The notes below the pieces were generated by a model. That model searched no databases. It saw nothing but the letters and a program-made list of their open reading frames with translations, and had not been told where the DNA came from. Below, in pieces: positions 12,560 through 22,599 of a DNA stretch of 64,000 nucleotides. The DNA lies in contig NW_027117344.1 of NCBI RefSeq assembly GCF_038025025.1, positions 1,302,001 through 1,366,000 of the forward strand, in the 5' to 3' direction. Position 1 is the stretch's first letter. Each line of letters opens with the position of its first letter. A program made the position numbers and the translations under genes. This DNA is from Phyllosticta citribraziliensis (lineage: Eukaryota).

Positions 12560-14456
12560 ATGGACGCCAACGACCGAGACAGCATCGACTACCATGAGAT
12601 GAACGCCTTGCGCGTTGCCGTAGAAGGCTGTGTAAGTTTTGCTCAGATGCTATTCGTGTGGGACAAGGCTAACGCTTCTCGCCAGGGCCATGGCACCCTT
12701 CATTCCATTTACGCTTCAATCGCGCAGACTTGCAAGAAGAAAGGATGGCACGACGGTGTCGACCTTCTCATCATAGGCGGCGACTTTCAAGTATACATCT
12801 CGTCAAATTCTTCCAAACCCGTATCTCTGACCTCTTCAGGCAGTCCGCAACAGTCAAGACCTGAAATGCATGGCCGTCCCGCCCAAATACCGACATCTCG
12901 GAGACTTTCACGAATATTACTCGGGCAAACGCACAGCGCCCTACCTTACCATTTTCGTTGGCGGCAACCATGAAGCAAGCAACCACTGCTCGGAGCTTTT
13001 CTACGGCGGCTGGGCAGCACCAAACATATACTACATGGGAGCAGCCAACCTAGTTCGGCTAGGCCCCTTGCGGATAGCTGGTCTTTCTGGTATTTTCAAG
13101 CCATATGAGTACAGGAAGCCTCACTATGAGCGGCTGCCCTACCATGAGGACGAGGTCAAGAGCGTCTACCACGTCCGCGAATGGGACACCCGGAAGCTAT
13201 TGCAAATAAGAACACAGGTTGACATTGGGATAAGCCACGATTGGCCCAGGGGTGTTGAGTGGCTGGGAAACTACCAGTCACTTTTCGGTCAGAAGCCATA
13301 CTTCCGCGCCGACGCTGAATCTGGTCGGCTTGGAAGCGTTCCCGCAAAGCTCGTGATGGAGCGATTGCGGCCTTCGCATTGGTTCAGTGCTCATCTGCAC
13401 TGTAAATATGCAGCCACTGTCAATCATGACAAAGCTTCGCAGGTTGGCGAACAGGTCACTCAGCCAGCTGCGATCGAAGCACCACAGAAGAATGCCGACG
13501 AGATTGATCTAGATATGGACTTGGACGCAGAAGCTCCGACAGCACAGGACAACCCGAATTCAAAAGCTCAAGTGAATAGCACGGACGAAATTGAACTAGA
13601 AGTGGACGAAGACGACAACATTGCACAAGTCGAGTCCAAACCAGTAGCTCGGGGCAACAATGAGGAAGAAATTGAGCTGGACGTGGACGAAGATGCAGCT
13701 GGACACGGGAACACTCAGACAAGCACCACCAAGGACCCCAACGATGCAACAGGCATAGGTGCAGGTGCTGACGAAGTACCGGAGGAACTCAGAGCGCAAC
13801 TACCAGCATCATTTGCACGTCCCGAAGAACCAAGCAAACCAGTGCCTCTGCCCTTCCCCAACGCCATCCAAAACAAACAAACCAAATTCCTCGCACTTGA
13901 CAAGTGCCTCCCACGCCGCGACTTCCTTCAACTCGTCGAGATCCCACCCATTTCCACGACGGAATGCACCTTTGCGAGGCCGCTGCGCCTCTGCTACGAC
14001 AAGGAATGGCTGGCCATTACGCGCGCCTTCGCGCCTGATCTCGTCGTAGGCGACCGCAACCACCGCGTCCCCGCCGACAAGGGTGAAGCGCACTACCGCC
14101 CACTCATTGAGGAGCACGAGGCCTGGGTCGAGGAGCATATCGTACAGAAGGGCAAGATGGAGATTCCGACGCACTTTGAGTTGACAGCGGAGCCTGAGGC
14201 GCCGGGACTAGACACATCGGGTCTCCCGCTCGAGTACACGAATCCGCACACCAAGGAGTTTTGCGATATGCTCCAGATCCCGGTCCCGTTCGACTCGACG
14301 CTGGAAGAGAGGTTGGCAAGAAAGGAGAAGGGTGATGCGGAGCAGGGGCAATTTGACGGTGGTGGACGCGGAGGAGGACGCGGAGGCCATCACAGAGGTG
14401 GTCGTGGTAGGGGTAGGGGAAGAGGCAGAGGTAGAGGTAGAGGTGGCCGATGGTAG
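12560..14456 (+). CDS. DBR1: RNA lariat debranching enzyme (3 exons)
   Basis: RVAVEGC|GHGTL, GDFQ|AVR, GGNHEAS, SHDWP, HWFSAHLH and TKFLALDKCLPRRDFLQ motifs. Introns ~12632-12685 and 12791-12839. Confidence 0.96.
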
Positions 14457-14582
14457 CCAATGTGAAAATCAAGGGTCGTAAGTCATTGGCCTGCTAATCT
14501 TTCGTGCCAAGTGGTATCAAGATGAATCAGGCAAGTAGTTCACTATCAAGTCTCGTTTTACCACACGCCTCACTCTTGGATT

Positions 14583-14588
14583 TATATA
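14583..14588 (+). promoter_or_regulatory. TATA element upstream of the tRNA-like Pol III unit
   Basis: TATATA 31-36 nt upstream of the tRNA-like 5' end, followed by a CAACAAAA leader. Confidence 0.5.
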
Positions 14589-14618
14589 GCAGCAACCCCC
14601 ACAGCTTCTCCAACAAAA

Positions 14619-14833
14619 TCCATCGTGGTGCAGCGGTAGCCCGCCAGTCCAAACACCACGGCAGTCAGTGCCATCCTTGACCTGATGGACTAGGTCCTTG
14701 ATTGGCCCGCAATGTCCGGATCTGGGATGGGGGACCCCCTGGCTGTCTCCTGGTTCGGCAAGCCTGGACGGCTGTGATGGCTGTACAGTGTTACGAAAGA
14801 CTGGAGACCCGAGTTCGACTCTCGACGATGGAA
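14619..14833 (+). ncRNA. tRNA-like Pol III RNA with ~150-nt structured insert in place of the anticodon loop (atypical tRNA, tRNA-mimic or pseudo-tRNA)
   Basis: Acceptor stem TCCATCG/CGATGGA; A box TGGTGCAGCGG; anticodon stem CCAGT/ACTGG; B box/T-arm CGAG-TTCGACT-CTCG; discriminator A; T5 terminator. Confidence 0.75.
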
Positions 14834-14836
14834 CCC

Positions 14837-14841
14837 TTTTT
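14837..14841 (+). terminator. Pol III oligo-T terminator
   Basis: TTTTT starting 4 nt after the predicted discriminator base. Confidence 0.6.
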
Positions 14842-15003
14842 AAACAAGTGAGCATTGGCTCGGCCATCTCCTTTCTTTCCTCTTTTTGCTGATGTTGACC
14901 GTGAATTCTTGGCCGAGGTTCTGGATAAATACGAGCACAACCGACGCAGACGACACTAGTGTTTTCGAACGCGCTGTCAAATTATACTATCTATCTTCAA
15001 ATT

Positions 15004-16825
15004 CTAAGCACTAGCCTGCACCTCCCTGACCCTCTCCCTCTCCTCACCGCCCCCTTTGCCCTCCCTGGTCGTCGTCTGTTCAACTTCGACCTCACCCCTT
15101 GCCTTCGCCGCGCCCACCAGATCCGCGCCCCTCTCAACGTGATTGCTGCCGCCAAAGAGGACGTCAATCTCCTCGAGGGCGACCTTCTTGGTCTCGGGGA
15201 TGCAGAACCACGTAAAGACGGCCAGTAGCGCGTCGATGCCGGCAAACATGTAGAAGGCGTAGAAGCCGCAGTTGTCGAGGAACGTCGGGAAGAATTGCTG
15301 TACGATGGCGTTGGCCACGTTTTGCGTCTGCGATGCCATGCCCACGGCTTGCGCGCGCACGTTCATGCTGAAGACTTCGCTCGTCCAGATCCACACTGTG
15401 GCGCCCCATGAGGGCTTGTCTGTGGTGCGTGTTAGCTTGGAAAGTGAAGGGCACAGTGGGTGTCGAATGACGTGGCAGATTTTGGCACCGTGACTGGCTG
15501 CCTGGGTAAGGGGTTCGGACAGGACTTACAGAAAAAGGCAAAAAGGAACATGAGAAAGACGATGGCGACGCCGACACCATGGGTCTTGGTGCCGTCCGCA
15601 CCGGTTGGAGTCTGCGTTTCAACGCTGGCGACGATGATCATGCACAAAGACATGCCCAGCGCGCCGACAATGAGCAAAAACTTGCGGCCGAAGCGGTCGA
15701 CGGTCCAAGCAGCATTGAGAGTGAACAGAATACCAAAGGTGGCGTTGAGTGCGTTGATGAGGGCAATCTGCGAACTTCCCTTGCCAAACACCTTTTGGTA
15801 GACGAGGGTCGAGTACGAGTTGAGCGAGCCCTGACCTGTGATTTGCTGCCCGGCGTTGAGCACCAGTGCAAGAAGCAGCCGCTTGCGCACGCTGCGGTCG
15901 CGCCACAGCGCCGAGTAGCCGCTCGAAATGGCTTCACGCTCGAACTCGATGGCCTCGCGGATGGCGAGGATCTCGGTCTCAACGGCCTCGTCCGTGTCGC
16001 GGACTTTGCTCAGACTGGCACGGGCCTGCTCTACCTTGTCGCCATGTTGGATGTACCAGCGCGGAGTCTCGGGGATGAAGTACAGCTGCGCGATGATGAG
16101 CACCGGCATCAGCAACTGGAAGATGACGACCATGCGCCAGTCCCAGTCACCCAGCCGCTCGGAGTGCTCCTGGCACCCGTAGTTGACCCAGTAGGCGATG
16201 AAGGAGCCGACGCTGTAGAACATTTGCCAGAATGCCATGATGGTACCGCGGATCTCGGACGGGCAGAGCTCGCCAATGTAAATGGGGCCAGCCGCTGAGT
16301 GGGAGCTGCGTCAGAGAGGGTCTTGTTTGGAAACAGTCGCGCCATGGACTTACTCAATGCGAGACCTTGACCGAGACCAATGAGCACTCGGCCTCCAATA
16401 AAGGCTCCAATGTTTCCTTTGGGCGCAAACGCCTGGATGAAGGTCGCAACGACAACGAGGAAAGATCCGGCAGCCATGCCTACTCGGCGGCCGAAGTAAT
16501 CCGCCACAGGTCCGCCAAAGAAGAAGCCTCCCACGATGGCACCGACGGTGTAGGCCGTGTTGACAGCTCCTTGAGTTTGCGAGTTCTTGAAATCCGTTAG
16601 GGAGCGTTCATGAGCCGAGAGAGTCTGTACACACGGGGTGATCGAACCACTCCAACCAATTGTCAGAGCCGAGGACGGCGTTGAAGACGGAAGCGTCGTA
16701 GCCATAGAGCACCATGCATGATGCTGCGACGAGAGATATGTACCTTTCTCAGGGGTTAGTCATTTCCAGAGATTATTGTTAGAAACGCACCAGTTGTACG
16801 CTCTCTTTGCTGTCATAAGCCCCAT
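15004..16825 (-). CDS. MFS sugar porter (hexose/lactose/cellodextrin transporter-like), multi-exon
   Basis: YGYDASVFN, DYFGRR, PETPRW, QQITGQ, VDRFGRK and PETK motifs. Introns near 16744-16790, 16584-16634, 16294-16354 and 15420-15528. Confidence 0.92.
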
Positions 16826-18425
16826 CTTGGAAATCGGATTCTGTCTTCCTCACGACGAGACAAAGTGACAAAGTGCTGGCAATCTGGAAGAGAGGCTTGG
16901 ATGTCCAGGATGAGACCAGAAAGATGAGCGTCTCGAAAGCCGTCCCGTTGGAGAAGAAAGGGCCAAGCTCGAGCAGACCAAGGGCATCTATATAGCCGCA
17001 TGGTAGCATCCCAAACATGGGGTCATCTAGTGGGTGCGCCACTTGGGTCAGCATCCCATTCCGCACAAGAATGCAGACTGCAGGGCATCCGTCCGGCCGC
17101 AATCTTTCCGTGCAACGGCAGGCTGGGAAAGTGTCGGCTGCCAATGAGGGGCAGGAGACTCGTTGGGTGGAGCGACAGACGACCTGTGCGGGTGGGTCTG
17201 CTACGTCCAGATGCAAAATCCGGGGCCCCAGGAGGCGCGGAACGGGCGTGGTGGAACCTGGTCTATCATCTTACTCCGCATTCTGGCTTTTCGTTCCTCC
17301 ACACGAAGGTGGTCATGGTCGATGGTCCACGCGCAGGATGGCGGGATGGCTTCGAAGCGACAGAGGATGAATACCGTTCTGCAGGCACAAAACATGACTG
17401 GCGTGGCAAAGCTGACAACTGCAATCAATAGAAGCGACGCTTAGCGCAGGTGGCATAAACCAATCTATTCGTGTGGATACCGGAGATGTTGCTGTCACCG
17501 GCTAGGGCCTGATGCATGTAGACTAGTTTGTAGTACGCTTGTCGTTTCTTTTCTTACCCAACTCGTTTCTTGATTTTCCCTCTGATACACCTAAGCAATC
17601 ATCAGTCAATATTGCTTAGAACCCCAGATTGGCGTCGTGAAAGGCGCGTGGCCAGCAGCAAGCGAAGCGGACAAACATCCTGGCAGCGCAAGAGAAAATC
17701 CACCAATGGTCCGTCTCGAGATTTGCCAGGTTGGAAAAGCTCGGGCGGGTCTCGACTTTGTTGCACGGCAGCCGGCTCGACTTTGGTGTGGGCATGCAGT
17801 GCGATTGCTGATTGAAGGCAGCTAAATGTTAGAATCCACAACGCCACCCGCGGCCAAGTATGGCGGGCGAAGGGCTGAAAAGCTTGGTGTTTGGCAGGCG
17901 TTCGGCTGAAAGAAGCAATGAAGTAGCCGCGGATCCTGCGGACGTTCTGGATGAGATTGTTGCGATTATAGAGCATCCATCAGCAACTCGTGGTTCTCTC
18001 CCTCCCTTGTGGTCGAGCGACAATGGTCAAAGAAATGGATCAACGGAAGCCGAAAATCTGAAGGCTTGGGTGTCGTTGAAGCAACAAGACGTCAACCCCT
18101 CGCAAAACGTAGGGAGGCTTTCCCTTCTCGGCCTAGCGTTTTTCCCCGCCACGACGACAAGATCTTTGGTCACCGACAGATCAAGGCCTACCTGGTCTTT
18201 GTTTGTAACGCCATGACCGTTGATGTTTTTCAACTCACAGGAGTTGTTCGACTGCGCTCATGCTTCCGGCCCCCATGAAACAATGGCCAATTCGGACTGG
18301 TACCAATTTTGGCGCTTACCAGTGACTCAGACCCGTTGACCGCAACACAAGACAAAAACCATCACCAAACTCGAACTGCCAACTCTAGAGGCTTTGGTGA
18401 TCCACCAAGCATTCATTGACACGCC

Positions 18426-20138
18426 ATGGCGCACACGACAGGAGACGAAGAAATGGCCGACTTCATACCGTTCGAGGCCGACGATTCTGCCCAAACCCAT
18501 CAGGATCAGACGAACAGTCGAGCCCAGGGAATTTCAGCCAAATCCCAGTTTCATGAGATGCATCCGGATATCACCCTGTACACTGATAAATGTGTCTGCG
18601 GGCGTTACTTCAATTCGAAAAAAGCTCAGAGAGCGCACCAAAATGCCACCGGCCACGGAGCATGCGTTTGCGGAGAGGCTTTCCCGACGTACCAGGACCT
18701 TCACCGACATCGATACGAGGCCGTCCATTTTCTTCGGTGCACCTGCAGCAGACTCTGGGGCTCTACTCAGCATCTGCTGTCGCATCAACGACTAGAACAC
18801 CACTCGGGATACTGGGATACTAAAAAGGGCAGCCTCAAGACCACGGCACTCGAAAGCAACACCCTCGACGAAGTCCTGTGCGTTTGTGGCGGCCAAATGA
18901 AAGATGATGGCTCGAATGCTCCTCTTCAGTGCACATGTGGCCGCGTCTTTGTCGACAGTTACACGCCGGCGAGGGCAGAGTGGCCTCCAGATACCACGGT
19001 CTTCACATGTTCAAACTGCAGCCGGCACTTTGACACATGGGAAGAAATGTGGAGCCACCAATTGTTTATACACCATCCTTGCATCTCCTGCTACACCATT
19101 TTCATCTGCGAAACCCGGCTGATTGAACACCAACGGGCGACGGGGCATTGCCACTGCGGAGCTTGCAACGAGCAATTCATGACGCCAGACCGCCTGCGCC
19201 AGCACCTCCTCGACACGCACGGCGTCAGCCGCAGCGAGATATTTCAAGACGCTGCCACTGAAGAGCGTCCGCTGAGCTACCACGTTCGTACTCCTCCCGC
19301 ACCCCACGGCAACGACGCCACGGGAGCCTCCACGCCCGTCTATAAAGGCGGTTTCAAGTCAGGCGCCAACTTTATGCACATCAACCTGCGCTGCCGAGTC
19401 TGTGCCCAGGAATTTACATCGCCAAAGACACTGCACGACCACCGCACCCGCGGCTGGCACGACCCGTTCGCCAGCGTCAGCTGCCCCTTCAATGGCAGCG
19501 CCGGTAGTGCCCACTTTTGCTCTGACGACCGTACGTACCCTTCAGTCTCGGGTCTCTTGCACCATCTTGAGTCGGGAGGGTGCGGTTCGGGCATCACGCT
19601 GGCGGGCCTGAACACCGCGTTGCGGGGCGGCACGCTCGAGCAATACATACTGCCATCCTACCAGCATTCCACGCCCGTGAGCACCACGGCCGCGCTCTCG
19701 GAGCGCCAAATCACAGAACTATGCAACCAAGCCGAAGCGACCGCGCTGCTCACGGCCAACGGTGGGATCAAACTAGCCTGCCCAATCTGCCAGACTGCCG
19801 CAGCAGACGCGGCCGCCGCCCTAACCATAGCCGAGCAACAATACATCAAGAAACCGAGGCCAAAAACGTTCCCCACCAAGGCACAGCTTAAGGCGCATAT
19901 CTCCCTGTTCAACCACACGCCGCGCTTCCTGACGTACCCGCCGTTTGTGGCGCTGCCGCCGACCAAGTCGACGCGCAAGGCCGACTTTGGCGCGTGGAGT
20001 GGGCTGGCGCACTCGCTTGAGACGCTGCTGTGTGCGGGTGAGGTGGGCGGCGTGCAAGAGGCGCTGGATTGCATTGAGCAGAGGTTGAGGGTCCTGGCGG
20101 TGAACCGCGATGAGGAGGCTGATAGGATGGTTGATTGA
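18426..20138 (+). CDS. multi-C2H2 zinc finger protein
   Basis: 570-aa single ORF with many Cx1-2C...Hx3-5H units and the SGLLHHLESGGC motif seen in fungal C2H2 proteins. Confidence 0.8.
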   Translation: MAHTTGDEEMADFIPFEADDSAQTHQDQTNSRAQGISAKSQFHEMHPDITLYTDKCVCGRYFNSKKAQRAHQNATGHGACVCGEAFPTYQDLHRHRYEAVHFLRCTCSRLWGSTQHLLSHQRLEHHSGYWDTKKGSLKTTALESNTLDEVLCVCGGQMKDDGSNAPLQCTCGRVFVDSYTPARAEWPPDTTVFTCSNCSRHFDTWEEMWSHQLFIHHPCISCYTIFICETRLIEHQRATGHCHCGACNEQFMTPDRLRQHLLDTHGVSRSEIFQDAATEERPLSYHVRTPPAPHGNDATGASTPVYKGGFKSGANFMHINLRCRVCAQEFTSPKTLHDHRTRGWHDPFASVSCPFNGSAGSAHFCSDDRTYPSVSGLLHHLESGGCGSGITLAGLNTALRGGTLEQYILPSYQHSTPVSTTAALSERQITELCNQAEATALLTANGGIKLACPICQTAAADAAAALTIAEQQYIKKPRPKTFPTKAQLKAHISLFNHTPRFLTYPPFVALPPTKSTRKADFGAWSGLAHSLETLLCAGEVGGVQEALDCIEQRLRVLAVNRDEEADRMVD

Positions 20139-20576
20139 GCTGTCAGGGTTGAAGACAGTACTTGGTGAGGGGATGTGGTGTCAGTGGAAAAAGTTGGGAG
20201 ACGAACCTGGATTTCTGAGAGCGAGAGACGTCGACGTGGGTACTGTGAAGATCAAAATATTTGGGTTGGTAGAGGTAAAAATAGAGTCGCTTTCTCCTTT
20301 TCTTTTCTTTTTCTGGGAAAATCAATGGAGAATTCGTGCTTCCCAAGCTGCGCGAACGGGAAGCACTGCTGCTTCGAAAGGAGGTCGACAAGGCAGAGAG
20401 CTCCGCCCATCTACAGATGGGCATAGGGAGCAGTCTTGCCCGTGAGGTGGTAGTGGTGGTATACGTGCCCCCTTTTTTATTCCCACTTGCCAGCACAAGA
20501 ATTCGCTCCCACACCAAAACTCCAACAGGGTATCAAATTATCGACGCGTCTCCAACACACCAGTCCAAGTTCCCAG

Positions 20577-21982
20577 CTACACCTTGAACTCAGCTGCCCT
20601 GCCCTTCCCCTTGTCTCTCACCATATCCTCTTTCTCAATCGCCTCGACTCGCTTCATTATCTCAGCCTTCCACGCCTTGAAGTCCCTCCGTCTCTCCTCG
20701 CTCAGGTAGTCGACGCTATCCTGCATCATGGTCCCCAAGCCACCGCGGAGTGACGACGAATCCGCCCTGCTCTGCTTCAACGGCGTCGACGCGCTCTTGT
20801 CGCCAGCGCCTCCAGCCGCCGAGCTGCGCCGCCGGCGGCGATTGCGCTCATCAGACAGCACCGCGCCCGGCGCGTCCGTCATCTCGACGTCGCTGTCTTC
20901 GTCCCTAGCATTTGTGTCGTCTTCTGACTCCTCGCCATCGTCGCCACCAACGCCCACGCCAACGCCCTCGCCCACGTTCCTCCACCACTCCTGCGCCTCG
21001 TCGACCCACTTCTCCTCGGCCGCCCGGGTTACCATGACGTCGATTTGATTAATCAGGGCCTTCTTGTCGTTGCCGTTGGCATATCCACCGTCCATGAGCA
21101 CCGCGACTGCCTTGTCGCGGCGCGCGTCGTGCTCAGCCTTCTCTGTTGCGCGGCCTACCATGCGCACTGAGACGAAGAACATCAGCGCCACAACGAGCGC
21201 AGAAATGTCGCTGTCAGCGATGCCGTCGCCCACCCTCTTCGCACGCGCCGCTTCTCGCGTCGGCCGGCCGCGTGTCCCCGAAGGCGGCATCGAGGACGGG
21301 GAGCCTACTAGACGGAGGACGGAGCGCAGCCCGGAGTAGACGTGCGGCACCGCGGCGGGCGCGTCGAGCTTCTTGCACAGCGTTCGTATCAACGGCATGC
21401 TCCACTCCGGGGGCTCGCTGTAGTCCACCGCGTCTGTTGCCGCTGCTCTGGAGCGCGGCGTCCGTCGCTTGCTCGGCGTCGTCGCCTCGACTCCTTGCAC
21501 GTCATCCTCTGCGTCGCCTGCTGCCATGGCGGCCCGGCTTCGCCTCCCTGTGCTCGTCGGCGTGTTCGCAACGCTGCCTCCTGCGCGGCTGTATCCCATT
21601 TGTTGTTGCTGTTGTTTGCGCGGTGTGCCGACGCCATTGAGCGCATTCTCAAAGTAGCTGTACACTTTCTTGTACGTGCGCGGTGCGACGGGCGGTCGGG
21701 GTTGTATTGCGGGCAGGTTGAGTCGTTGCTTGAGCCTGTCGCGTTTTCCCTCTGATTAGCTTGGTTCGTATGCGTTGATGGATCAAACTGCTTTGTGTAC
21801 CTCTCGCACGCCAGATGTGCACATGCATACGTCCGCGCAATTTCCTCCTCAGACTTCAGACTCGACGCTTTGCTGCGCGACTGAGCGAGCAACGACGAAG
21901 CTAGTGTGGTAAGTTCCGGTGGAAGTGGGCCATTGTGTGAAGGAATTAGGCCAGCGAGGGCCTGTTCGAGGGGTCTGCTCAT
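20577..21982 (-). CDS. ORC6: origin recognition complex subunit 6 (2 exons)
   Basis: LASSLLAQSRSKASSLKSEEEIARTYACAHLACER|LKQRLNLPAIQPRPPVAPRTYKK; C-terminal GLGTMMQDSVDYLSEERRRDF. Intron 21736-21800. Confidence 0.92.
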
Positions 21983-22599
21983 CGTTGCGACTCGGGTTGG
22001 GGGTTGCAGGTGGATAGACGTTGGTGTCGCGGTTGTTGTCCGGGTTGGACGTGGGGAAAGCTTAGGCGCGGGAGCAACCCAAGGAAGGCGCGCTGGCGCG
22101 CAGTCAGGTGTGAGCTTCTCAACTGGCCGATCCCTGTCTACGACAGCATTTCTGATCAGATTTCTTTGGCAACATGTATCTTGTGGTATTATATAGATCA
22201 TCTTTCTTCTGGTACTATTAGTGAGTGCATTGAAGCAAGCAACCAAGGCCAGGCATCAACTGCGGGTATCTCTTCGCCCGAAAGAGAGACGGAGCAAACG
22301 AGCAAAAAGCAAACCAACAACACATGAATAATACATAGAGAGCGACAGCCTAACATGACAGCCTTGTCCAGCAAGTGGTTTCTAAATTTTGCAGGTGATG
22401 GGTTGGGGCGCGTCAAGCAAAGACTGACGTAAATCAACAAGGGGATACTCGCGCCGGCAAATGCTTTCTTTCCAACCGCAGCCTGTAAGCCAAATCCACC
22501 TGGGCAGAGCCCTTAGCAGCCCCCGAAGCACCAAGATACCTATGCGCGGGCATGCAGTAACACAAGGAAATATTCATAAAGAATGTCGTCAATCTCCCC

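Noticed and set aside
14682..14799. Hammerhead-like (CTGATGG...CGAAA) or HDV-like (CGAA + P2) ribozyme in the tRNA-like insert
   Set aside because: The core reads CTGATGG rather than CTGANGA, position 16.1 would be C rather than U, and I could not form stem I/II or the HDV P1/P3 pairings.
14619..14833. Ordinary tRNA-Phe(AAA) or tRNA-Sec call
   Set aside because: It lacks U33 and purine-37, has no TCA anticodon and has no long variable arm.
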